From assembly GCA_037127795.1 (NCBI GenBank), contig JBAXXQ010000001.1, forward strand, positions 252,274 to 316,273: a stretch of DNA of 64,000 nt, in the 5' to 3' direction. How positions within the stretch are numbered: position 1 is the stretch's first letter; every line of letters starts with the position of its first letter. The notes below the pieces were generated by a model that saw only the letters and a program-made list of their open reading frames with translations, did not search any database and was not told the DNA's origin. This document shows positions 7,970 to 17,528 of the stretch, in pieces. The position numbers and the translations under genes were made by a program. This DNA comes from a bacterium (GTDB lineage: Bacteria; Patescibacteriota; Minisyncoccia; Phycocordibacterales; UBA9973).

Positions 7970-10900
7970 ATGCTTTTATTTTTTGTTCGACACAAGAAGA
8001 CTTTTTTTGCGCTCACATTTGTGTTTCTTTTTGGTGCAACAGTGTCTTTTGCGAATCCTCCTGTAGGTGGCTATGACCCTGGTACTATCCTTGATCCAGA
8101 TTGTGCACCAGGTAGTACAGACTGTACAGTAAATATAAATAATAAAATTAGTGCAGGAAATGGGGTTGAATTTGTCGGGCAAGCAATACAAGTCAAACTC
8201 GATGGAGCAAGTCTTTATAAATCAAATACGGGGTTAAAAATTTCTGATGGGTATATTGGACAAAGTTCTATTACTACTGTCGGGACTATTATTGCGGGGC
8301 ACTGGCATGGCGATGTGATAGATATTGCGCATGGTGGTACTGGGCTTGGCGCAACACCACAAAACGGAGAATTCCTTATCGGTAATGGTACTGGATACGA
8401 TTTGGTAAATCTTGCTGGGGCTGATGGTGTTGTTATTACAAATTCAGGAAGTACTGTGACTATTGGTCTTGGTACTAGTAATATACCAGTTATAACGAGT
8501 GTTTCTGGTACTGACTATATTCCAATCTATCAAACCACTAGTCCTGATGTTCGTAAAAAAATCACCTATAATGATTTGTTTTCTGGTGTTTTAGGGTCTT
8601 TGAAATATCAGGGTACATGGGATCCTGGTACAAACACACCTGCTATAGCAGATAGTGATTGTAATAGTTCTGCAAAAGGTAATTTTTATATTGTAGGTGC
8701 TTCAGGTAATAGACATATTGGTAGTGAATTTAGTTGGGAGTCTGGTGACTGGCTTATTTGTAAGGGGACTGTTTGGGAAGAGGTTGAAAAAACAAATAAT
8801 ATTGATTCTGTATTTGGTCGTATGGGAAGTGTTGTTGCTATGAATGGGGACTATACCGCATCACAAATCACTAATGTACCTTTTGGTAGTATTAGTTCTA
8901 TTACAGTGCAAAATGCTATTAATGAACTTGCGACAGAAAAAGAGCCAGTGATTGTTCCAGGACTTGCAAATGAATATTGGCGAGGAGATAAAACATGGCA
9001 AACATTGGATACTTCAAATGTTTCAGAGCATCCAGCAAGATTGTATTTTACTAATGCTCGCGCGGTAACAGCACTTACCGGGCAAAATCTTTCTATTTTT
9101 AATAACAATGTGGGATACAATTCTGGTACAGGTGCAGTAGGGCAAATTCCTTTTTGGAATGGTACAAATACTATAACAGGTGATACAGGGCTTGTTTGGG
9201 ATAATACTGATAAACAGCTTGTTATTGGTGGTGGGTCAAACTTCGCATTCTCTACACCATCTGCGGTGACTTTTAATATTGGTGGAAATGTCGATACGTT
9301 TTTTCAGGCAAATATTCAAAATCAGTCAAATGGTGCAAACGCATCAACTGATTGGATTGCAACATCTGACAATGGAAATGAGCTCGCAAACTATGTAGAT
9401 ATGGGAATTAATAGTTCTGGGTACAATACACCATCATTCAATATTACCGGAGTAAATGATGCATATTTATATAGTGCTGGAAATGATTTTGCGATCGGTA
9501 ATGCATCAATAGGAAAATCTTTAAAATTCTTTACTGGTGGAACAACTACTGCAAATCAGCGTTTAGTTATAGATGGTACAGGTGATGTAGTTTTTACACC
9601 AACATCTTCGTCTGCGACAACCTCATCATCTTCATTATCGTTTAATTCGACGTATGCGTTGACGGCTGCAAATACTGCAGTAACCACAGGGACTGTGTCG
9701 GCATTGGTAACAGCTCAGGGTGAGGTGGTCGGAAGTAGTATTACAAACGGGGTATTTAATGCGAGTGGACACAAATTGAGCTCTGCGGTGACATGGCCTA
9801 CAGTGCTTACTCCGACGTATTTTGATGAATATGATATTGCTGCGGGTGCAGGGTATTCACCAGTGATTCAATCTATTTCTATTGATACCGCTGTTACCGG
9901 AGGAAGTAATCAGCTTATTGGAGATTTGCGATATTCAACAGATGGAGGAAATACTTTTACATCTGCTGGGTCTGTAAAAAATTTCCCATTAACCTCTGGA
10001 TCGTATTTAACATTTTCATATACAGGTCTTTCTATTTCTGTTCCTAGTAATACTACTATTATATTTAGAGTATTTATATATGCGTCAGGAGTGGTGACAT
10101 CATCTCGTTCGGTGTATATGCGTAATATGCAAATTAATGGACAGATTGGTACTTCTACTGGATCTGTAAAAGGGGTAAGTATTGCAGGTAATTATACTGC
10201 ATCTGCAAGTAACCACGTGCTTAGTGCTTTGTACATAAATGGTACCTATAATGCCGCTGGGTATACTGGAGTAAAAAATTATGATTTGTATCAAGCAAAT
10301 GCGGCCGCAAGTAATTATTTTGCAGGAGTGGTAGGTATTGGGAATCTCAATCCGACATACATGCTCGATGTAGGAAGTAGTAGTGTCTCTGGTATTGTCG
10401 GGCGTTTTACGAATGCAACAGGGTCTTGTACGATATCTCCGACAACAACATCACTCTCATGTTCTTCAGATATAAATCTTAAGAAAAATATTGTCGTACT
10501 TGCAGACAATACACTCTTTACGCTCAGCACTATAACTACAGCACCAACAGCTACTACATTGGATAAAATAATGTCCCTTACCCCAGTGCAATATAATTGG
10601 AAAACAGAACAAGATACCGACCCAAAACACACCGGATTTATCGCGCAACAAGTAGAGCAAATATTCCCAGATCTCGTACTTACTGATCCAGAGACAAATC
10701 TCAAATCTGTAAACTATATGGGCTTTGCGCCATATCTTGTACAAGCGGTACAAGAGATAAATGTTACTATAAAAAATCTTTCTTCATTGGATACTGGAAA
10801 TATAAATTCTCTCGGCTCGCTCATAAAACAATTTCTTGCTGATTCAAAAAATAATATAGAAGATTTGTATGCAAAAAATATCCATAGTAGTAATCAAATT

Positions 10901-11044
10901 TGTATCAATAGTACTTGTATCAATGAAGATCAACTCAAACAAATGTTGAACAATACTACTCCGGTACAGCAATCAGTAGTAGATATTTCTATACAAGACC
11001 CTGCTATACCAGCAGTAATACCTGATACGAATTCTACCCAATAA
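7970..11044 (+). CDS. secreted fibre-like protein 1 with peptidase S74 (intramolecular chaperone) domain
   Basis: Signal peptide; phage-fibre-like motifs (YQGTWD, GDWL, SVFGRMGSVVAMNGDY); CSSDINLKKNI...PVQYNWK...HTGFIAQQVEQIFPDLV. Confidence 0.85.
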   Translation: MLLFFVRHKKTFFALTFVFLFGATVSFANPPVGGYDPGTILDPDCAPGSTDCTVNINNKISAGNGVEFVGQAIQVKLDGASLYKSNTGLKISDGYIGQSSITTVGTIIAGHWHGDVIDIAHGGTGLGATPQNGEFLIGNGTGYDLVNLAGADGVVITNSGSTVTIGLGTSNIPVITSVSGTDYIPIYQTTSPDVRKKITYNDLFSGVLGSLKYQGTWDPGTNTPAIADSDCNSSAKGNFYIVGASGNRHIGSEFSWESGDWLICKGTVWEEVEKTNNIDSVFGRMGSVVAMNGDYTASQITNVPFGSISSITVQNAINELATEKEPVIVPGLANEYWRGDKTWQTLDTSNVSEHPARLYFTNARAVTALTGQNLSIFNNNVGYNSGTGAVGQIPFWNGTNTITGDTGLVWDNTDKQLVIGGGSNFAFSTPSAVTFNIGGNVDTFFQANIQNQSNGANASTDWIATSDNGNELANYVDMGINSSGYNTPSFNITGVNDAYLYSAGNDFAIGNASIGKSLKFFTGGTTTANQRLVIDGTGDVVFTPTSSSATTSSSSLSFNSTYALTAANTAVTTGTVSALVTAQGEVVGSSITNGVFNASGHKLSSAVTWPTVLTPTYFDEYDIAAGAGYSPVIQSISIDTAVTGGSNQLIGDLRYSTDGGNTFTSAGSVKNFPLTSGSYLTFSYTGLSISVPSNTTIIFRVFIYASGVVTSSRSVYMRNMQINGQIGTSTGSVKGVSIAGNYTASASNHVLSALYINGTYNAAGYTGVKNYDLYQANAAASNYFAGVVGIGNLNPTYMLDVGSSSVSGIVGRFTNATGSCTISPTTTSLSCSSDINLKKNIVVLADNTLFTLSTITTAPTATTLDKIMSLTPVQYNWKTEQDTDPKHTGFIAQQVEQIFPDLVLTDPETNLKSVNYMGFAPYLVQAVQEINVTIKNLSSLDTGNINSLGSLIKQFLADSKNNIEDLYAKNIHSSNQICINSTCINEDQLKQMLNNTTPVQQSVVDISIQDPAIPAVIPDTNSTQ

Positions 11045-11049
11045 AACCT

Positions 11050-11271
11050 TTTGTTTTGTAGTCTTTACATAGTATACTTATAGCGTATATGCGCCACTTT
11101 TTTATCACACACAAGAAAACATTCTTCGCAATGTTATTTGTGATACTTTTTAGTACTACTATCTCTTTTGCTGACCGTGCAAACCCCTACACTGCAGGAG
11201 AAACTCTTGATCCAGACTGTGCGCCAGGAAGTGGGGTGAATTGTACGGTACATATTGCTGGTGGAGGAGGA
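11050..11271 (+). repeat. 222-bp exact direct repeat, copy 1 (promoter plus first 61 codons of fibre 2)
   Basis: Identical base for base to 14127-14348 (offset 3077). Confidence 0.95.
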
Positions 11272-14121
11272 ACTCAGACATTGCAAGATGTAACAACTGC
11301 AGGGAATTCTATAACTAATGATATTGGGAATCTTGCTGATAATACATGGAGGATAAATAGTAATGGTGTTGCAAGATTTGGACATCCTATAACTGGTACT
11401 GGAGTAGAGATAGACCCGGATGGAACTATACAATCAGTTGGTGGTAGTTATTCTACGTTTTTTACCGTGTATCCAGGTGGAGGGCAAATTTTAATGGGAG
11501 ATTTTGATGAAACTAGTGGTAAAACAAAATATTTATTAGATGATGTAGCACAAACCCAAACCTTCAATGCTAATAATGGGTTCTTATTTACAGGTGTTAA
11601 TTATCCAGGAGGGTTTGCAAGTATCAACCCAGATACTAATGAAATATTGTTAGGAGAATTCAACACATCAAATGATAATACACATATAGATATATTAAAT
11701 AATTCAGGACATACAGGTAATTATATAAGAACATATTCAAATCATGGGGAATTTAATAATTTAGGTGAAGGGATTAATTTAGATTTTGAACACAACCTAT
11801 TTCAATTAGGTGTATACAGTCAAGAAGGTCTTCAAACCTATATCTCTTTAGATGACAATGCTCAGACTCAATCTTTTAATGCTAGTAATGGGTTTAATTT
11901 TACAGGAAATAATTTTTCTTATGCAAATAGTGGTGGAGAGTATTTAATTAATGCAAACTTTAATAATCGAACTATTGTAATAGGAGATAATCAGCGTATT
12001 GCTGGTAATGGTAATAATTTAACTATTGATGATAATAACAATCTTATTACTTTAGGTAATATATCTTTAAGTGCTTCAATTGAATTAAACACATGGTCAG
12101 GTATAAATACATATTATGCTTATAGGGGGCATAATTTTACAGGAGGTGGTACATTGTCTACTGATGGTGATATAAGTGTAGGAAATAATATTGGAAACAC
12201 TGTTACAGGAGGATGGAGTATAGATAATGCAGGCGCAGCTCATTTTGCAGCAGGGAGCTTCAGTGTAGAAGGTAATGGTAATATTAATAGTGATGGTCAA
12301 TTAAGCCTTGCGGGTGGTAATGCCGGAATATTTAGTGATGGAAGTTTTAGTACTTATAATAACTCACTTGCTGCTAAAACAATAAGTTACAATGGGCATT
12401 TGTTACAAGTAACAGATAGTGTTTATGGTGGTAATTTTTTTAATGTAACAGAGGATGGTACTTTATCAATATCTCAATCTTCAAGTGGCAACAACACATT
12501 ATACATAAATGGTAGTGGTCAGTTCTATATAGCAGATAAGCAGAATGGTTACCAAACATTTAATGTGGGGTATGATTATTCTTATTTTCAAGATAAATAT
12601 TATGGTACTGGTATAGATGCTCAATATGCAAGATTTGAAAAAGATAATATATTCTTTCAAGATGTAACTGGTACACAGAAATATTTTACAGCTGATACTT
12701 TTGGTATACAAACAACTGATCCGATATCTGGAGTTAATGTGTTAGGTCCTAAATGGCTGTTAGGAAGATATAATACTAGTACTCAATCTTTAAATGTTTC
12801 TGTTGATGGTACACAATATAATATTCCTACGCAAACAATTTCGGTAAATGTATCAAATAATTCCGTATACTCTAGTTTATTAGGAAGTTCTAATTTGGCA
12901 TATTCTAATGTTTTAGGAAATAACGCAGGTCTTGGGGCAAGTGGTACATATAATAATTTTTTAGGACCACTTAGTGGCTTTGGAACAAGTGCCTCTTATT
13001 CAAATTTTATTGGAAACGGTGCTGGAGGGTTTGCGACAAATGCATCTCACTCCAACTTTATCGGAGATGGAGCTGGAGCCTTCTCATCATCTTCATCATA
13101 TTCTACCTTTATAGGTTTTCATGCTGGTGCTGATAGTATTTTTAATCCTTTAAATGGACAAAACAATATTATTATTGGTACAAATATAACTCTTCCTCCG
13201 AGTACAAGTAATGCTATTAATATAGGCGGTGTTTTGTTCGGTCTTAATACTCAAAATGATTATAGTGCCAATACTGCTTATTTTACCGCTGTTACCTCTG
13301 GCAAAATAGGTATTGCTAATGCTAATCCGTATTATACCCTCGACGTAGGTAATTCGTCGGTATCAGGAATAGTAGCTCAGTTCACCAACTCATCAGGTAG
13401 TTGTACTATCTCCCCAACAGGTTCAGCAGTTTCTTGTTCTTCCGACATCAACCTCAAGAAAAATATTGTTGCACTCAAGGATAATACACTCTTCACTCTC
13501 AACACTATCACTACAGCACCAACAGCTACCACACTAGACAAACTCATGACACTTACTCCAGTAAGTTACAACTGGAAAACAGAAAACGATACTGATAATA
13601 AACACACTGGATTCATCGCACAACAAGTAGAACAAGTATTCCCAGATCTAGTAACTACAGATCCAACCACTAATCTCAAATCTCTCAACTATATGGGCTT
13701 TGCACCGTATATAGTACAAGCAATACAAGAAATGAATTTCAAGATGACTGCAATCATTCCTGATGATCTTGATGCGACTGCGTATGCAAAAATAAAAAGT
13801 TTCTTGCATCAAGTTGCAACTGATGGAGAAATTACTTTCAATACTTTGAAAACAACACTTATCACTAGTGATGAAATTCGTGCAAATAAAACAACAACCA
13901 ACCAGCTCTGTGTCGGCACCACTTGTATCGATAGTGATCAGCTTGCAAAAATGCTCCAGTCTGCAAATTCACAAAATACAGCGCCAGGTACTCTTGTAGC
14001 AACTCCAGATACTACACAAACTCCAGCAACACCAGACCCTATACTAGCTCCTACTCCTGACCCAGCCCCAAGTACACCTGCTGTCACCGACACTACGACA
14101 CCTACTGTTTCTACACAATAA
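11089..14121 (+). CDS. secreted fibre-like protein 2 with S74 domain
   Basis: Signal peptide; Gly/Asn-rich beta-type passenger; about five SNFIG-type repeats; CSSDINLKKNI S74 start; Pro/Thr tail. Confidence 0.85.
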   Translation: MRHFFITHKKTFFAMLFVILFSTTISFADRANPYTAGETLDPDCAPGSGVNCTVHIAGGGGTQTLQDVTTAGNSITNDIGNLADNTWRINSNGVARFGHPITGTGVEIDPDGTIQSVGGSYSTFFTVYPGGGQILMGDFDETSGKTKYLLDDVAQTQTFNANNGFLFTGVNYPGGFASINPDTNEILLGEFNTSNDNTHIDILNNSGHTGNYIRTYSNHGEFNNLGEGINLDFEHNLFQLGVYSQEGLQTYISLDDNAQTQSFNASNGFNFTGNNFSYANSGGEYLINANFNNRTIVIGDNQRIAGNGNNLTIDDNNNLITLGNISLSASIELNTWSGINTYYAYRGHNFTGGGTLSTDGDISVGNNIGNTVTGGWSIDNAGAAHFAAGSFSVEGNGNINSDGQLSLAGGNAGIFSDGSFSTYNNSLAAKTISYNGHLLQVTDSVYGGNFFNVTEDGTLSISQSSSGNNTLYINGSGQFYIADKQNGYQTFNVGYDYSYFQDKYYGTGIDAQYARFEKDNIFFQDVTGTQKYFTADTFGIQTTDPISGVNVLGPKWLLGRYNTSTQSLNVSVDGTQYNIPTQTISVNVSNNSVYSSLLGSSNLAYSNVLGNNAGLGASGTYNNFLGPLSGFGTSASYSNFIGNGAGGFATNASHSNFIGDGAGAFSSSSSYSTFIGFHAGADSIFNPLNGQNNIIIGTNITLPPSTSNAINIGGVLFGLNTQNDYSANTAYFTAVTSGKIGIANANPYYTLDVGNSSVSGIVAQFTNSSGSCTISPTGSAVSCSSDINLKKNIVALKDNTLFTLNTITTAPTATTLDKLMTLTPVSYNWKTENDTDNKHTGFIAQQVEQVFPDLVTTDPTTNLKSLNYMGFAPYIVQAIQEMNFKMTAIIPDDLDATAYAKIKSFLHQVATDGEITFNTLKTTLITSDEIRANKTTTNQLCVGTTCIDSDQLAKMLQSANSQNTAPGTLVATPDTTQTPATPDPILAPTPDPAPSTPAVTDTTTPTVSTQ

Positions 14122-14126
14122 AATTG

Positions 14127-14348
14127 TTTGTTTTGTAGTCTTTACATAGTATACTTATAGCGTATATGCGCCACTTTTTTATCACACACAAGAAAACATT
14201 CTTCGCAATGTTATTTGTGATACTTTTTAGTACTACTATCTCTTTTGCTGACCGTGCAAACCCCTACACTGCAGGAGAAACTCTTGATCCAGACTGTGCG
14301 CCAGGAAGTGGGGTGAATTGTACGGTACATATTGCTGGTGGAGGAGGA
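14127..14348 (+). repeat. 222-bp exact direct repeat, copy 2 (promoter plus start of fibre 3)
   Basis: Identical to 11050-11271; followed by one extra GGA codon. Confidence 0.95.
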
Positions 14349-17300
14349 GGAACTAATGGGTGGGATAGTATGTTGGCGCAAAATCAAGTACAGACGCAGG
14401 ATAGAACTATTGATGTTAATAATAAATATTTACGATTTAGTAATATAAATGAAGTTGATTTTTCTGGGGTCTCTGGTCAAAACACTATTGAAATTGTGGA
14501 AGGGCAGGTAAATATGGGAGATATTGGTGGGGTTGGAAATGGTGTTTATTTTTCAGTTGATAGTCCTAATAATAAAATTTATTCATTGGCTGGAGGAAAT
14601 CCAGCTGGATTGAATCTTGATTTTAATAATCAAATATATGAATTGGGTGATTATGGTCACAATAATGATGCTACAACATTATCAGTAGATAATACTCATG
14701 ATATTATTTCTACTTATAGTGGTTCAAATAATTATAAAAATTCAGGTATTTATTTAGATTATGGAAATGCTGATTTTTATTATGGTGATTATGGTCACAA
14801 TCAAAATGGTACAGCAATTTTACTTGATGATCTAGCTCAAACCCAAACCTTCAATGCTAATAATGGGTTTACGTTTAATACTGACAATGGAGGATTTATT
14901 GTATCAGGTAGCAACAGTTACCATTATCAAGATGGGTTATTAGGGGCAATAATATCAGGTAGAATAGCATTTATAGGGGATAATTCTGGCGACTTTAATA
15001 GTACTAGTTTATTGGTTAATGACAATACTGGACAACAATTTATTGATTTTAATGCGCAAAACGGTTTCCAATTCACAGGAGGTTCTATAAGTAGTGATGG
15101 TAATATCTTACTAACAAACGGGGGTACTATATCTGCAAATGCAAATGATTTACAACTAATAAATAATGGTAATTCAAACTATATAAATGTAGGCGCAGGT
15201 GGTAATATAGAGGCACATTCAACAACTGGTGGGACGATAGCATTACAAGATGATTTAAATGGTGCAAAAATATTAATTAACAATTATGCGGGTGATATTG
15301 AATTAACATCTACTTTAGGAGCACCAATAAAAATGTTTGGAGGTAGTGTTCAAACTGATGGTGATATAGAAGGTGGTGGCAAGATAACCACACCTAATTC
15401 AACATTATTTTCAGATGGTTCTGTAGGACTTCCTCATGCTGCTATTAATGTAGACGGGGGTGGTTATTTATCTAATGGTAATTTTAGTTGGGATGCAGGT
15501 GGAAATATAACTACTTATGGTGATTTAAGTTTAATGGGGGGTAATGCGGGGATATTTTCAAATGGACATATATTTTCGGGGGTAGATGGGTTTAATAATT
15601 TTGATGCAACGCAATCTGGTTCACTTACAATTGCTTCAATTAGTGATGGAACAGCAACATTATTTACTGGTGGCGATGGAGATTTTTACATAGCAGATAA
15701 AACAAGTGGTAACCAAACATTCTATGTAGATGTAGCTGGAATGCAAACAACCGATGCAGTAGCGGGGGCGGGAACACTAAGCCCTGCGTGGAAGCTTGGA
15801 AGTTATAATAGCACTTCTGAATCTGTCGCTGTGTCTATTGGGGGTACACTATACAATCTCTCTACGCATGGTGTCGCACTCGATAGTAACAATAGCTTTA
15901 TTGTCGGAGGGGCTGGATCTTTTGGTGCAAATATAAATTCTGTATATGTAGGATTTGCAGCTGGGACTGGTGCAAATGATGCAAACAATTCAAACTTCCT
16001 TGGTGCAAATGCAGGGCTCAATGCGCAATTTGCAAACCATTCAAATTTCTTTGGTGCAGATGCTGGTAATGGTGCAATCAATGCAAGTGTCTCAAACTTC
16101 ATTGGGTACCAGGCGGGGTATGGGGCTGTGAATGCTACGGGCTCAAACTTCTTGGGGCAAGATGCCGGTCATGGTGCAACATATGCAACCAATTCAAACT
16201 TCTTTGGATTCCAGGCTGGATATGGTGCGCTCGGTAGTAATAGCTCTCCATTTAATAGTAACTTCTTTGGGTATCAAGCAGGGTATGGTGATTACAATCT
16301 CACCGACTCAAACTTCTTTGGATACCAAGCAGGATATATTGCAAATACTGCTATAAGTTCAAACTTCTTTGGAAATAGCGCAGGGTATGGAGCAACTAAT
16401 GCTGCGTATGCAAACTTTATGGGGTTTTATGCTGGGTATGGAGCTGGTAATGCAAACGGCTCAAACTTCTTTGGACGCAATGCAGGAGATTCTGCAAGTA
16501 ATGCATCATATTCAAACTTTATTGGATTTGCAGCAGGTAAGTATGCAACAAATGCTCAAATTTCAAACTTTATTGGAATCGGCGCAGGTCTTGATGCAAC
16601 AAATGCAAGTGAGTCAAATTTCTTTGGAGATAATACTGGGCGTGGTGCAACCAATGCTTCAAATGCAATATTTATAGGTGCAAGTGCTGGGTATAATGAT
16701 GCTGTAAATAATGTTTCAACTGGAGGGTTTTCAATTCTTATAGGGCCACATACAAATACTGGTGGCTATTCAAACAGTATTGCAATAGGTGGCTCTGCTA
16801 CCAATACCGCAACAAATCAATTTATGATCGGCTCAACTTCATTCCCAATCAATACTACTGTCATCAAAGGTGCAAGTACACAATGTACTATCACCACAGG
16901 TACAGGTATTGCATGTTCGTCTGATGCAAGTCTCAAGAAAAATATTGTAGCCGTACAAGATGGTACGCTTGCAAAAGTACTTGCACTCCGCCCGGTAACA
17001 TACAACTGGAATGATGAACAAGATACTGATCCGACACATATAGGATTCATTGCGCAAGAAGTAGAAACAGTATTCCCACAAGTAGTATCTATAGACCCTG
17101 CAACACATCTCAGACTGCTCTCTACGACCTCACTTATTCCTTATACTATCAAAGCTATACAAGAGATGCATATTACTATTACGTCTGTAATTCCAGATAC
17201 TCTTGATAGTACTGCGTATGGCAAAATAAAAGAATTTTTGCGAGAAATTGCTACAGAAGGGAAGGCTGTAGTAGATATTGTACAAACACATACACTCTGT

Positions 17301-17528
17301 GTAGACGATGTGTGTGTCACCCGTGATCAGTTCAAAAACATGGTCCAGCAAGCAGGTCAGCAACAAAGTGCTCCGAGTGTTGTTGTGCCTGTAGCACCTA
17401 GTACAACACCAGTAACCACTCCAACACCAGTTTCATCAGACGCTACTGTAGTAGACCCAGTTGTTACCCCAACACCAAGTCCTGTGGTAGATACTACTCC
17501 TGCTCCTGCATCTTCTGAAAATCAGTAA
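14166..17528 (+). CDS. secreted fibre-like protein 3 with 17-aa repeats and S74 domain
   Basis: Same N-terminus as fibre 2; about 15 SNFFGxxAGxGAxNAxx repeats; CSSDASLKKNI...HIGFIAQEVE. Confidence 0.85.
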   Translation: MRHFFITHKKTFFAMLFVILFSTTISFADRANPYTAGETLDPDCAPGSGVNCTVHIAGGGGGTNGWDSMLAQNQVQTQDRTIDVNNKYLRFSNINEVDFSGVSGQNTIEIVEGQVNMGDIGGVGNGVYFSVDSPNNKIYSLAGGNPAGLNLDFNNQIYELGDYGHNNDATTLSVDNTHDIISTYSGSNNYKNSGIYLDYGNADFYYGDYGHNQNGTAILLDDLAQTQTFNANNGFTFNTDNGGFIVSGSNSYHYQDGLLGAIISGRIAFIGDNSGDFNSTSLLVNDNTGQQFIDFNAQNGFQFTGGSISSDGNILLTNGGTISANANDLQLINNGNSNYINVGAGGNIEAHSTTGGTIALQDDLNGAKILINNYAGDIELTSTLGAPIKMFGGSVQTDGDIEGGGKITTPNSTLFSDGSVGLPHAAINVDGGGYLSNGNFSWDAGGNITTYGDLSLMGGNAGIFSNGHIFSGVDGFNNFDATQSGSLTIASISDGTATLFTGGDGDFYIADKTSGNQTFYVDVAGMQTTDAVAGAGTLSPAWKLGSYNSTSESVAVSIGGTLYNLSTHGVALDSNNSFIVGGAGSFGANINSVYVGFAAGTGANDANNSNFLGANAGLNAQFANHSNFFGADAGNGAINASVSNFIGYQAGYGAVNATGSNFLGQDAGHGATYATNSNFFGFQAGYGALGSNSSPFNSNFFGYQAGYGDYNLTDSNFFGYQAGYIANTAISSNFFGNSAGYGATNAAYANFMGFYAGYGAGNANGSNFFGRNAGDSASNASYSNFIGFAAGKYATNAQISNFIGIGAGLDATNASESNFFGDNTGRGATNASNAIFIGASAGYNDAVNNVSTGGFSILIGPHTNTGGYSNSIAIGGSATNTATNQFMIGSTSFPINTTVIKGASTQCTITTGTGIACSSDASLKKNIVAVQDGTLAKVLALRPVTYNWNDEQDTDPTHIGFIAQEVETVFPQVVSIDPATHLRLLSTTSLIPYTIKAIQEMHITITSVIPDTLDSTAYGKIKEFLREIATEGKAVVDIVQTHTLCVDDVCVTRDQFKNMVQQAGQQQSAPSVVVPVAPSTTPVTTPTPVSSDATVVDPVVTPTPSPVVDTTPAPASSENQ
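15939..16691 (+). repeat. coding tandem repeat, about 15 x 51 bp (17 aa)
   Basis: Recurrent TCAAACTT(C/T)(T/A)TTGG cores encoding SNF(F/I/L)G. Confidence 0.85.

Noticed and set aside
11050-14348. Diversity-generating retroelement TR/VR pair or shufflon
   Set aside because: The copies are identical with no adenine-specific mismatches, lie at 5' ends in direct orientation, and no reverse transcriptase or recombinase is in the window
15939-16691. CRISPR-like array with 51-bp period
   Set aside because: The repeats are degenerate at synonymous positions and in frame within a CDS; no cas genes
7970-17528. Prophage tail-fibre region
   Set aside because: No capsid, terminase, integrase or baseplate genes; the proteins have signal peptides and host-type promoters, and core genes flank them
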